A stretch of DNA of 41,070 nt from Pseudomonadota bacterium (GTDB lineage Bacteria; UBA10199; 2-02-FULL-44-16; DYJF01): NCBI GenBank assembly GCA_043823065.1, contig JBDRBB010000002.1:1-41070 (forward strand), in the 5' to 3' direction. Numbering within the stretch: the first letter of the stretch is position 1; every line of letters starts with the position of its first letter. A program made the position numbers and the translations under genes. Of this stretch, positions 19,262 to 29,289 are shown in pieces. The notes under the pieces are model-generated. The model was not told the DNA's origin and searched no databases. It was given only the letters and a program-made list of their open reading frames with translations.

Positions 19262-20191
19262 ATGATGAAAATAGTTTTCATGGGTAGTCCGGCCTTTGCC
19301 CTTCCCTGTATCCGCGCTTTAAAAGAAAGAAAACATGATATTTTAGCGGTGTTTACCCAACCTGATAAACCAGCAGGCCGCGGCCTAAAGCTGCAGGCCT
19401 GCCCTGTGGCTACTTTTGCCAGGGAATCTGATTTAGAATTATTTCAACCCAAAACTTTACGCAGCCCGGAAATTCAGAACAAATTAAAAAAACTTAATCC
19501 AGATTTGATTGTAGTTGTTGCTTATGGCAAGTATCTTCCAGCAGAAGTTTTGCAGCTGCCCAAATATGGCTGCATTAATGTGCATGCTTCCTTGCTGCCT
19601 AAATATCGTGGCGCAGCTCCTATAAACTGGGCAATTATCAATGGCGAAGCTGAAACTGGCATTACCACCATGCTGCTCAATGAAGAAATGGATGCTGGCG
19701 ATATGCTTTTGAAGAGAAAAACCAACATAGAACCTGAAGAAACCGCCCAGGATATCCACGATCGTTTAGCTAAAATCGGCGCAGAATTACTGCTTGAAAC
19801 AGTGCTTTTAATAGAACAACAAAAACTGCAGCCAGTCTTTCAAAATCATACTCAAGCCAGCCTGGCGCCTAAATTAAAAAAACAAGATGGGGTTATTGAT
19901 TGGCAAAAAGGTGCGGTTCAATTAAAAAATCAAATTCGAGGCACCTTGCCTTGGCCAGTTTCTTTTACTCATTATCAAGGAAAAACCCTGCGCATTTTTA
20001 AGGCTGAAGCTGTTCATGACAATCCTGAAGAGCAACCTGGCACAGTAGTTAGAACTGATGATGAACTAGGAGTTGCCACAGGTTTTGGAACCTTGTACCT
20101 TTTAGAAGTGCAACTTGAGGGAAAACGTAGAATGAGAATTGAAGAGTTTTTAAAGGGACATAAAATTCAAGTTGGAGAAAAATTAATATGA
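19262..20191 (+). CDS. fmt: methionyl-tRNA formyltransferase
   Basis: IVFMGSP.FA, INVHASLLPKYRGAAP and MDAGD motifs. Confidence 0.97.
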   Translation: MMKIVFMGSPAFALPCIRALKERKHDILAVFTQPDKPAGRGLKLQACPVATFARESDLELFQPKTLRSPEIQNKLKKLNPDLIVVVAYGKYLPAEVLQLPKYGCINVHASLLPKYRGAAPINWAIINGEAETGITTMLLNEEMDAGDMLLKRKTNIEPEETAQDIHDRLAKIGAELLLETVLLIEQQKLQPVFQNHTQASLAPKLKKQDGVIDWQKGAVQLKNQIRGTLPWPVSFTHYQGKTLRIFKAEAVHDNPEEQPGTVVRTDDELGVATGFGTLYLLEVQLEGKRRMRIEEFLKGHKIQVGEKLI

Positions 20192-20835
20192 ACTCAAAAA
20201 TAAAAATAGCACCTTCAATTTTATCTGCAGACTTCTCCCACTTGGCTGATGAAATTCAGGCAGTGGAAAAAGCGGGAGCTGATGTAATTCATGTAGATGT
20301 GATGGACGGCCATTTTGTGCCTAATATAACTATTGGCCCAGCAGTTGTCCGTTCTATTCGGCCTATAACAAAACTCCCTTTAGACTGTCATCTAATGATA
20401 GAAAATCCTGATAAATATATTGAAGCTTTTGCCAAGGCTGGAGCAGACTGGATTTCTGTGCATGTGGAAAATTGCGATTTAGGCAAATTACTTCCTGCTA
20501 TTAAAAAATTGGGCTGCAAAGCAGGCGCAGTTATTAACCCGCCTACTCCAATTGAAAAAATATATAACTATGTAGAGCTGGCTGATTATATCTTAATCAT
20601 GAGCGTCAATCCCGGCTTTGGCGGACAGGAATATATTGAAGAATGTACTCAGAAGATAAGAGACCTCAAAAAATTTATTACTGAAAAAGGGTTAAATATC
20701 CCAATTGAAGTTGACGGCGGCATTAAACCAGAAAATGTGAAAAAAATAATTAAAGCTGGCGCAGAGATTATCGTAGCTGGTTCGGCAATATTTAATACTG
20801 ATGATTATGAAAAAGTCATTAAAGCTCTAAGCTGA
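20188..20835 (+). CDS. rpe: ribulose-phosphate 3-epimerase
   Basis: IAPSILSAD, HVDVMDGHFVPN, MSVNPGFGGQ and VDGG motifs. Confidence 0.98.
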   Translation: MNSKIKIAPSILSADFSHLADEIQAVEKAGADVIHVDVMDGHFVPNITIGPAVVRSIRPITKLPLDCHLMIENPDKYIEAFAKAGADWISVHVENCDLGKLLPAIKKLGCKAGAVINPPTPIEKIYNYVELADYILIMSVNPGFGGQEYIEECTQKIRDLKKFITEKGLNIPIEVDGGIKPENVKKIIKAGAEIIVAGSAIFNTDDYEKVIKALS

Positions 20836-22473
20836 AAACTTCTTAGCTACTTCTGCCTTAAAGTTTAGCAAGTCCTCACGAGGCGCATCATTCCGAATCA
20901 GATAAATCAACCTGCCTAAAAGCTCCCACCACAGTTTTGGCTTACAAGTATAAATACAATCTAAAATTGCGTGCACCAAATAATCTTCACCTCGCCAGGT
21001 CTTCATGGCCAAAGCAACTTCTTCTGCCTCAAATGGCTGCAAAATCTTGCGCATATCTTCAAAGAAACGCCTTTCTAAATCTATATGAACCTGCAAGGTT
21101 GCTTTAAGCGATTGATCAATCTTTTGCTGCAACTGTTCCACATATTTTTCATGCTCTGCTCCATCTGCGAAAACTAGGGCATCAGCAGAGGTTACACCAA
21201 AAGGCTGGCCAATCTTTAGCACAACTTTAACATTTGGCTTCAGGCGCCTGCTTCCCTTGGGGGCAATTATGCCAGTGCCTTTAACAGCCACTGGAATTAA
21301 ATTAATCTTATTATGCTCGCCTTTTTCCACAGCAACTTTAGCTGCTTCTACAGCTAAATAAGCTGTGCCTTTTTTCAAATGTTTACCATCTTTTTTTAAT
21401 CTCTTTAATTTACCAACTGCATAATACCCGCCATCCAGCCTTTCCTGATTCCTGCCAAGCCTGGCATAAGCCCTACTACCCTGGGGAAAAACCGCTAAAT
21501 CAGCGCTATCTTCCACTAACTGCCGCACTCCTGCAGCTATGGATTTTTGAGCTGCATCTTTTTTACCTTTGCGTTCCACAAAAATCATATCCAAAGCCTT
21601 GGCTACCTGGCCAAGACCCAAAATACGATAAAAAATTGGATTATCCAAAAAATGATCCTTGGCCATTAAAAATTTAGGAAGAGACCTTCCTTCTAACAAT
21701 AGTGGCGCCAAGGCAAAATCCAAAAAGCTTAAATGATTAAAAAGATAAATATTTATACCTTTTAAATCTTCCAGATAATTTGTCTGCTCAATTTTTACTT
21801 CTGCATAAACCAGCTGACTTAGCCTAGTGCCCCAAACCACAGCAATACCAGCTGAAACCTGTTTTAGAAAATCTTGGCCTTTTGCTTTTAGGGCAAGCAA
21901 ACAAAGTCTTTTTAGCCAAATTGTGCTCCAAACACCTTTTAATTTTCGCCAAAGCGATATTTTCTTTTTACCAGGATTTTTAAAATCCAAGTTTTGCAAA
22001 TCAACAACTTGAAAAGGCTGTTCAGGCAAAATATGGTTGGCTATACCAGCCATACATAACAAATGATCAAAAAATTCTTGAGGATGAATATTGGGAAAGC
22101 TGCGCACAAAATCAACTAAAGCCAGCCTTCCTTGCTGCTTCTGCTTCCAGTTAAAATATGACAAACCAACCAAGACCAAACTAGCCAAGGCCAGCAAACC
22201 CCATTCTTGACGACCATAGATATAACCATAATAGGCATACCAACTGCCAAAACATAGTAGATATAAAATAACTACTGTATCTCTAAACCAAGCAACTGCA
22301 TGTTCAAAATAACCAAGTTTGCGATTAATAATCAGGAAAAAATGACTTTGGGTTTTAATATAAAAGGTGAGCAAACGCAGCAAAGGTATAAGATAAAAAA
22401 AACCAATTACTATAACCTTCCACCATTCAAATTTAAATAAATTGAATAACAGTTCATCTATTGAAATATGCAT
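20827..22473 (-). CDS. PlsC-family acyltransferase with N-terminal membrane extension
   Basis: NHLSFLD, IFVER, FPQGSR and IPVA motifs; several hydrophobic helices at the N-terminus. Confidence 0.8.
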   Translation of the reverse strand: MHISIDELLFNLFKFEWWKVIVIGFFYLIPLLRLLTFYIKTQSHFFLIINRKLGYFEHAVAWFRDTVVILYLLCFGSWYAYYGYIYGRQEWGLLALASLVLVGLSYFNWKQKQQGRLALVDFVRSFPNIHPQEFFDHLLCMAGIANHILPEQPFQVVDLQNLDFKNPGKKKISLWRKLKGVWSTIWLKRLCLLALKAKGQDFLKQVSAGIAVVWGTRLSQLVYAEVKIEQTNYLEDLKGINIYLFNHLSFLDFALAPLLLEGRSLPKFLMAKDHFLDNPIFYRILGLGQVAKALDMIFVERKGKKDAAQKSIAAGVRQLVEDSADLAVFPQGSRAYARLGRNQERLDGGYYAVGKLKRLKKDGKHLKKGTAYLAVEAAKVAVEKGEHNKINLIPVAVKGTGIIAPKGSRRLKPNVKVVLKIGQPFGVTSADALVFADGAEHEKYVEQLQQKIDQSLKATLQVHIDLERRFFEDMRKILQPFEAEEVALAMKTWRGEDYLVHAILDCIYTCKPKLWWELLGRLIYLIRNDAPREDLLNFKAEVAKKFSA

Positions 22474-22485
22474 GGTTACCTTATT

Positions 22486-23481
22486 TTATTTGGAGGGTTT
22501 TATTTTTGCTGAAGACAAAGAACTGAGACGATATTTAAACTGCACGTCCACTACTTTTTTACCAATCTTGAATTCTTCTTTACCCATCCGCTCTGAAATT
22601 CTACTTGATACTGATTGCGCAGCACCTTTGGTGGTATCATAAATTGCGGTAATTATGCCTTTATCTGGATCAGACATAACAATATCTATGGGATGTCTCA
22701 CCAAAGAACGCACATAGTTTTCAATTTGGGAAACAAAACCATAGCTTTTTGTAATTCCAAACCGCTTTCTGATATTAGCAATATTTTTAATGGTGATAAT
22801 ATATTTATAAGTATATTGATCTGAAGAAGCTAAACTTAAAGTTCCCACAGTTGGCAAAACAACTCTAAACACCGGCTGCTTGGGTTTAGGTAGATCAACT
22901 GTTAATTGACCGCCTTGCTTGATGATTGAGCTCCGGCAGGCAAACAAAGAGCTGTCTGGGCCTTGCTCGCCTTCACCAAACAATTCATGCAACAAACCAG
23001 CCAGATTTTTAGCTGCATCATCCCGTTCCAAACATTTCAGCATTATTTCAATTCCACGACCTTGCCTTAAGGAAACTTCATTTAAGGAAACATCAATTCG
23101 TTCGCCATGAGGCATGCGTTTAACAATACGCCTAAAAAGCTCGGTTAAAACTGCCTGCACTTCATCTGCAGCCGCAAAAATAGGCGAAAGTTCAGAATCA
23201 GCTGCTATGTGATAAGTGATTCTTTTACCTAAAAATAACAAATCTAAACTGGCACAAGTTTGTTGGACAATATTAACTGCATTGCACGGCTCTGCTGCGC
23301 CGGAAATTAGGGGTTCAGTTTCTTTGGACAAAGACTCAATCTTGGCGTCTTTTTCTTCCAAAACCTCTTTTAGCTTTTGAAAAGTATCTTTGATCTCTTT
23401 GGAGGGCTTACCTGGCCAATTTTCCTGCAAATATTCCAAAAGATCTTCTTTAAGTTTTATTCTAATTTTACGCATAGTCAT
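22486..23481 (-). CDS. hypothetical signalling protein (degenerate HATPase-like plus degenerate GGDEF-like regions)
   Basis: Pattern similarity only; canonical catalytic boxes are absent. Confidence 0.5.
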   Translation of the reverse strand: MTMRKIRIKLKEDLLEYLQENWPGKPSKEIKDTFQKLKEVLEEKDAKIESLSKETEPLISGAAEPCNAVNIVQQTCASLDLLFLGKRITYHIAADSELSPIFAAADEVQAVLTELFRRIVKRMPHGERIDVSLNEVSLRQGRGIEIMLKCLERDDAAKNLAGLLHELFGEGEQGPDSSLFACRSSIIKQGGQLTVDLPKPKQPVFRVVLPTVGTLSLASSDQYTYKYIITIKNIANIRKRFGITKSYGFVSQIENYVRSLVRHPIDIVMSDPDKGIITAIYDTTKGAAQSVSSRISERMGKEEFKIGKKVVDVQFKYRLSSLSSAKIKPSK

Positions 23482-23541
23482 AAACGCATAACCTATAACA
23501 TTTTAAATAATTAAAGACAAGCTCGGTATTGTTATTCTATC

Positions 23542-23684
23542 TAAGTTGCTCCCAGGAAGTGTGGTTTGGCTTACGGCGAATTTCTTCACACGCCAGAAAT
23601 TCGCCTGCCCTGCGACGTCGCTCTTTAGGCTTAGATGGCGACTTACGCAGAGGCCGCCAAAACACACTTCCTTCGCGCAACTTA
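23542..23684. other. multi-branched palindromic element (candidate MITE or ncRNA)
   Basis: TAAGTTGC/GCAACTTA, AGGAAGTGTG/CACACTTCCT and GGCGAATTTCT/AGAAATTCGCC stems. Confidence 0.75.
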
Positions 23685-23763
23685 AAGGAGTAATTAAAAT
23701 TACCAAGTAGTACTTGCGAAGAGTGGGGGTGCATGGTAGCAAGCCAAAGAAGTGAAAAATTAG

Positions 23764-23843
<80 letters not shown>

Positions 23844-23874
23844 CTTTTATTAGAATTTTATTGGATTACATGAA

Positions 23875-26004
23875 TCACACGGGATTGCTTCGTCGTCCTG
23901 AGCAAAGTCGAAGGGCTCCTCGCAATGACAACATTGTTAACAAGCAAATCAAGAAAGAAATCATCATTAGTACACTCCCACATCTCCCTTGTCCTACAAA
24001 CTCACATCCACCTGCAGTATTCGTATAAGAGCTGGGCAAATTGGGAACATAAGAAACATTTCCATTTTGGCTGCCACTGCTTGCACCGCCCTTGACTGCT
24101 GCTTGCACTGCTTTGAGCACATCTAGCTTGCCATAACCCCAAACTGAATTTGGCGTTTGTCCCACTTTTTCATCAACATAAGCGCTCTCAACCAAATAAC
24201 GCTCTACATCTTCATGGGTCAAAGCTGGATTAGCTGAAAACATTAAGGCAATGGTGCCTGAAACAAAAGGTGCAGCCATGCTGCTGCCAGCCATTAAAAA
24301 ATGAGCTTTGTCTGAAGTAAGCAACTGTTTATCAATGCTTGCTTGCGCGGATTTGCTGGAAGCAATCATGGCTCCAGGTGCAACAATTTCTGGCTTAACA
24401 CCAGTATAATTGGGATTGGCTGAAGGACCTACACTGCTGAATTCCAAAATATCACCCAGATCATAATCAATGCGACAACATTCCCAGATATTTTTGGTAG
24501 TATAAGCGCCAACCCCAATCACATTCTTGGCTGTAGCAGGAATAGCCACGCTCATCTGACGATCCCCTGGTATATAGTTCCACTCCAAGCCATCATCATC
24601 AGCATAAGACGTAAAGTTAACCACATCCGCTGGTTTATCTGGATATAACCAAGCATCAAAATAACCTTGGCCAGAGACCAAAAGATCAAAACTGTATCCT
24701 TGTGGATCATCCATCTCCTCATCAAAAACCAGCGTAATTCCCACATGAGGCTTGTTATTTAAAGGATTTTGGGTTTGTGAAGCATTTATTTGATAAGCAA
24801 TCTGGCCTTTGGCAAACGTCCCTTCTGTAGCTGCTCCAGGGCTCACCATATTTGAACGGCTCATAACTTGATTGGTTCTGCCTTGCTTTATAGCTAGACC
24901 AAAATTCAATTCACTGTCTTCCCTGCCCCAAATATCAATGTAAAAAACCCGACCAGATTCAAAATTTTTGATCTCAAAATTTGTGGCACTTAAGCTGGAA
25001 ACAGCATAACCTGCATGCAAGCCAGTAAAATAATTATTATCACTATTTTCATTGCCAGCAGCAGCTACAATAGCCCTGCCTGAAGTTCCCTCCACCAGTT
25101 CGTCTAAACATTCTTCAAACAAAGAAGTGCCATCGTGCGCGCCTAAATGAGTTCCCAAGCTTAAATTTACCACTGCTGGCATGTTCAGAGCCTTGGCTTT
25201 TGCAAAAATATAATAGGCAGCTTCACAAATGGTGGTGCTAAAAAGCGGAATTGCGTAGCTATCGTCAATTTGCAGCTCAGATTTATAAATAACAGAGATA
25301 ATGGAAGCATCAGGCGCAACACCTGTATAAGTGGCATCGCTACTAGCAGCAATTCCTGTCACATGAGTGCCATGCCCGCTAACATCATTAACAAAACAAG
25401 TTCCAGTTGAAATGGAATCTGTATCGCATTCCATGCCATAGGTGCTGCTAATTTCAGCTGGCCCCCGACCAGATGTTGAACGTTGATGCCAGATATAAAG
25501 AACACGCGAATTACCAGCTTCATCTAAAAAATCTGCATGATCATAATCCAAGCCAGTATCAACAATACCTACAATGGTGTTGGCACCAGTATAAGCGCTA
25601 GGCAGTTCCAACCCTTCATGTACAGCATATCCATCCACATCTTGCAGGGCTAAATCAAGTTTTGGCTGCACAGGTTTGGCTGCTTCAATATAAACAACTT
25701 GTTCCTGAGCGCTAATCTCTTCTATAGCTTCCAAGGGAATGGTAGCCGTAATAATCTGACCAAGCTTAAGCTTAACTTCGCCACCTAATTCAGCAATAAA
25801 ACCAGCTGTTGTTTCCAAATCAGAGGTTTTGATAAAGACTTCCACCTTGGGTTGCTCAAGATTTTGCGCCTTAAAACTTAAACTAGGTTGTGAAGAAGTA
25901 ATGGTTTGAAAAAAAGGATCTATTTTGGGATTTGCTTGAACTTGAAAAGAAATTAAGAAAAAAAACCACACCAAACCGATTGTTATCAAAAACTTTTTTC
26001 GCAC
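23875..26004 (-). CDS. exported S8 (subtilisin-family) serine peptidase with a C-terminal GGC+TM sorting-like tail
   Basis: VGIVDTG, GHGTHVTGI, AAAGN and GSSMAAPFVSG catalytic motifs; signal peptide. Confidence 0.93.
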   Translation of the reverse strand: MRKKFLITIGLVWFFFLISFQVQANPKIDPFFQTITSSQPSLSFKAQNLEQPKVEVFIKTSDLETTAGFIAELGGEVKLKLGQIITATIPLEAIEEISAQEQVVYIEAAKPVQPKLDLALQDVDGYAVHEGLELPSAYTGANTIVGIVDTGLDYDHADFLDEAGNSRVLYIWHQRSTSGRGPAEISSTYGMECDTDSISTGTCFVNDVSGHGTHVTGIAASSDATYTGVAPDASIISVIYKSELQIDDSYAIPLFSTTICEAAYYIFAKAKALNMPAVVNLSLGTHLGAHDGTSLFEECLDELVEGTSGRAIVAAAGNENSDNNYFTGLHAGYAVSSLSATNFEIKNFESGRVFYIDIWGREDSELNFGLAIKQGRTNQVMSRSNMVSPGAATEGTFAKGQIAYQINASQTQNPLNNKPHVGITLVFDEEMDDPQGYSFDLLVSGQGYFDAWLYPDKPADVVNFTSYADDDGLEWNYIPGDRQMSVAIPATAKNVIGVGAYTTKNIWECCRIDYDLGDILEFSSVGPSANPNYTGVKPEIVAPGAMIASSKSAQASIDKQLLTSDKAHFLMAGSSMAAPFVSGTIALMFSANPALTHEDVERYLVESAYVDEKVGQTPNSVWGYGKLDVLKAVQAAVKGGASSGSQNGNVSYVPNLPSSYTNTAGGCEFVGQGRCGSVLMMISFLICLLTMLSLRGALRLCSGRRSNPV
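23882..23930. repeat. composite REP-like element overlapping the peptidase 3' end
   Basis: GGATTGCTTCGTC-[GTCCTGAGCAAAGTCGAAGGGC]-TCCTCGCAATGACA. Confidence 0.7.
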
Positions 26005-26027
26005 TTTCCTGCCCCTTTTTTACTATT

Positions 26028-26055
26028 ATTATCGTCCCAGCCCTATAAAAGTTGC
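26028..26055 (-). promoter_or_regulatory. candidate sigma28-like promoter GCAACTTTT-N11-ACGATAAT for the S8 peptidase
   Basis: Same bipartite motif and spacing as 2888-2915; 23 bp upstream of the start codon. Confidence 0.55.
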
Positions 26056-26157
26056 TCTAAAAATTATTTTTTCCCTATTTTTTATTGCATCTACCTTCTG
26101 CTGATGCTAACTACCCTAAAATTCGTGCTTTTTTAAATTATCAACAAAGGAGTCATT

Positions 26158-27183
26158 ATGAAACTCAGTAAAATAGCTATTTTGATTTTAGCCCCTGCTT
26201 TTATTTGGGGCTGTTCCAAGGGCTTTTGCCCTTCAGGGAGCAATACCAGCACAGATACCACCAAAGAAGTTGTGGCCACAATTAATGGTCAACCAATTCT
26301 TATGACAGAATTAGATAGCTCAATCAACTCTCAACTGCAACGTTTAGATAGCCAGCGCTATCAAGTCCGCAAACAAGGTTTAGATGAGCTAATCGAAGAA
26401 AAAATAATTGAAAATGCTGCTAAAAGCAAAGGACAAAAACCAGAAGAATTCTTGCAGCAAGAAGCCTTTGCTCAAATTAAAAAACCTTCTGAAGAAGAAA
26501 TTAAAGCAATCTATGAAGCCCGAAAGGGAAAAAGTGGCATTAAATTTGACGAGGTAAAAGACCAAATTAGCACCTATTTAGAACAAAGCCAAAAAGCTAA
26601 AGCTCGCCAGGATTTAATAGCCAAACTAAGCACAGATACAAAAATCGATATTCTGCTTGATCCACCCCGAGTGGAAATAAATTTGGATAATGCCCCAGGC
26701 ATGGGTCCAAAGGATGCTAAAATAACCTTGGTGGAATTTTCAGATTATCAGTGCCCATTTTGCAAACGCGTTAGAGAAACCATTTGGCAATTAATGGATG
26801 AATACAAAGACCAGGTTCGCTATTATTTTCTAGATTTTCCACTTTCTTTTCACAAACAAGCGCAAAAAGCCCATGAAGCTTCCAGATGCGCTGGTGATCA
26901 GGATAAATACTTTGAATACAATAAAAAGATTTTTAATAACCAAGGAAATATCGCTGTAACTGACTTAAAAAATTATGCCAAAGAGCTCAATCTTAATCTG
27001 GACAAATTTAATAAATGCCTAGATTCAGGCAAATATGCCCAAGTAGTCCAAGACAGTGTGGAAGAAGGAATTAGAGTTGGAGTTACCGGCACACCTGCTT
27101 TTTTTATTAACGGCATCCAGCTAACCGGCGCTCAACCAATTACGGCGTTTAAGGATGTTATAGAAAGTGAACTGAAGAAATAA
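26158..27183 (+). CDS. DsbA-family thioredoxin lipoprotein with SurA-like N-terminal domain
   Basis: IWGC lipobox, EFSDYQCPFC and GVTGTPAFFING motifs. Confidence 0.9.
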   Translation: MKLSKIAILILAPAFIWGCSKGFCPSGSNTSTDTTKEVVATINGQPILMTELDSSINSQLQRLDSQRYQVRKQGLDELIEEKIIENAAKSKGQKPEEFLQQEAFAQIKKPSEEEIKAIYEARKGKSGIKFDEVKDQISTYLEQSQKAKARQDLIAKLSTDTKIDILLDPPRVEINLDNAPGMGPKDAKITLVEFSDYQCPFCKRVRETIWQLMDEYKDQVRYYFLDFPLSFHKQAQKAHEASRCAGDQDKYFEYNKKIFNNQGNIAVTDLKNYAKELNLNLDKFNKCLDSGKYAQVVQDSVEEGIRVGVTGTPAFFINGIQLTGAQPITAFKDVIESELKK

Positions 27184-27194
27184 GAAGAAATAAT

Positions 27195-28481
27195 ATGTTA
27201 GACTTAAAATTCATTTTAGCCAATTTAGCTGCAGTTAAGCAAAACTGTATAAATCGCAATATAAAAGTTGATCTAGAGAACTTAGTTCAGCTGGATGAAG
27301 AGCGCCGTACACTTTTAAATCAAGTTGAAGAAATTCGGCGCCAGCAAAACGAAAATGCTAAGGCCATGAAGACCAAGCTCAGCCCAGAAGAGCGCGAGGG
27401 CTTTATTACCAAAGGCCGTGAGCTTAAAGAACAAGAAGCTGAAGAAAATAAGAAACTGGCTGAAGTCAGTCAGCAACTAGATACTATAATCCGGCAAATC
27501 CCCAACATGACTCATCCTGAAGCGCCAATTGCCAATTCTGAAGCTGGCAATAAGGAAATCAGGCGCTGGGGCAAGCCAACTAAATTTAATTTTAAGATCA
27601 AAGATCACTTGGAATTGGGAAAAGATTTAGACCTGATTGATTTTGAAACTGCAGCTTCTGTAACTGGGCAAAAATTTTATTTCCTAAAAAATGAAGCAGT
27701 ACTTTTGGAATTTGCCCTAACGCAATTCGCCCTGCAAATGTTAACCAAAGAAGGTTTTACGCCAATTATCACACCGGACTTAGCCAGGGCAGAAATTTTA
27801 GATGGCATTGGTTTTAATCCACGAGGTCAGGAAACCCAGATATATTCTGTGGAAAACAGTGATTTATGTTTAATTGCCACAGCAGAAATTACTTTAGGCG
27901 GAATGTTGGCTAATAATATTTTAGAAGAGAGCAAACTGCCCCTGAAATATATCGGTGTTTCTCACTGTTTTCGCACTGAAGCTGGCGCTGCTGGCAAAGA
28001 ATCCAAGGGCCTCTATAGAGTTCATCAATTTTCTAAAATTGAAATGTTTGCCTTTACCACGCCAGATAAATCAGATGAAATGCATGAAACTTTTTTGGGC
28101 TATGAAGAAAAACTTTTTCAAAACTTGGGAATTCCTTATCGGGTAGTTGATATCTGCACTGGTGATTTAGGCGGGCCTGCTTATCGCAAATACGATTTAG
28201 AAGCCTGGATGCCTGGCCGCGGCGAAAACGGCGATTGGGGAGAAATCACCTCTACTTCTAATTGCACCGACTATCAAGCGCGTCGTTTAAAAATCAAATT
28301 TCGCTCTGAAAATGAAAAGAAACCTCAGTTTGTGCACATGTTAAACGGCACTGCCATTGCCATCAGCCGGGCTTTAATTGCTATTTTGGAAAATTATCAG
28401 CAAGCAGATGGCAGCGTTATTATTCCTGAAGTATTGCAGCCCTATCTGCAAGGTCAAAAAAGAATTTTAGCAAAGGAATAA
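27195..28481 (+). CDS. serS: serine--tRNA ligase
   Basis: [35 protein letters not shown] and LNGTA motifs. Confidence 0.98.
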   Translation: MLDLKFILANLAAVKQNCINRNIKVDLENLVQLDEERRTLLNQVEEIRRQQNENAKAMKTKLSPEEREGFITKGRELKEQEAEENKKLAEVSQQLDTIIRQIPNMTHPEAPIANSEAGNKEIRRWGKPTKFNFKIKDHLELGKDLDLIDFETAASVTGQKFYFLKNEAVLLEFALTQFALQMLTKEGFTPIITPDLARAEILDGIGFNPRGQETQIYSVENSDLCLIATAEITLGGMLANNILEESKLPLKYIGVSHCFRTEAGAAGKESKGLYRVHQFSKIEMFAFTTPDKSDEMHETFLGYEEKLFQNLGIPYRVVDICTGDLGGPAYRKYDLEAWMPGRGENGDWGEITSTSNCTDYQARRLKIKFRSENEKKPQFVHMLNGTAIAISRALIAILENYQQADGSVIIPEVLQPYLQGQKRILAKE

Positions 28482-28482
28482 T

Positions 28483-29289
28483 ATGTCTAATGTTGCCCTG
28501 GCCCTTGGACTTACGCTTTTGGCTGGTCTAGCCACAACTATTGGCAGCTTTCTCGCTTTTTTTGTTAAGTCCACTAACCGCAAATTTTTGTCTTTAGCCC
28601 TGGGTTTTTCAGCTGGAGTAATGATCTATGTTTCCTTTGTGGAAATATTTTTTAAAGCCAAAGATTCTTTGGTAGCCAGCCTGGGAATAACCTCTGGCAC
28701 TTGGTTAACAGTTGCCTCTTTTTTTGGCGGAATATTTCTTATTGGTTTAATCGATAAACTTATTCCTTCTTATGAAAACCCGCATGAAATTCATCAAGCT
28801 GAAGAAATTGAAGACTCTCACGCTAAAACCCACTTTAGAAAACTGCATCGGGTCGGCTTAATGGTTGCTCTGGCCATTGCTATTCATAATTTTCCTGAAG
28901 GACTGGCTACTTTTATGGCAGCGCTAGAAAATCCATATCTAGGCGTATCTATTGCGGTAGCCATTGCTATTCACAATATTCCTGAAGGCATGTCTATTTC
29001 CATTCCCATCTACTATGCCACTAACAATAAAAAGAAAGCTTTTTGGTATTCATCCTTATCCGGACTGGCTGAACCATTGGGCGCTATAATTGGCTACTTG
29101 ATCATCAGACCATTTATGAACGGTCTGGTTTTTGGCATCACCTTTGCCATGGTCGGCGGAATTATGGTGTTTATTTCCTTGGACGAACTTTTGCCTGCGG
29201 CCAGAGAATATGGCGAACACCATCTTTCAATTTATGGTTTGATTGCTGGAATGATGGTCATGGCTCTAAGCTTACTTCTCTTTATTTAA
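28483..29289 (+). CDS. zupT: ZIP-family zinc transporter
   Basis: HNFPEG / HNIPEG and SGLAEPLG motifs. Confidence 0.93.
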   Translation: MSNVALALGLTLLAGLATTIGSFLAFFVKSTNRKFLSLALGFSAGVMIYVSFVEIFFKAKDSLVASLGITSGTWLTVASFFGGIFLIGLIDKLIPSYENPHEIHQAEEIEDSHAKTHFRKLHRVGLMVALAIAIHNFPEGLATFMAALENPYLGVSIAVAIAIHNIPEGMSISIPIYYATNNKKKAFWYSSLSGLAEPLGAIIGYLIIRPFMNGLVFGITFAMVGGIMVFISLDELLPAAREYGEHHLSIYGLIAGMMVMALSLLLFI

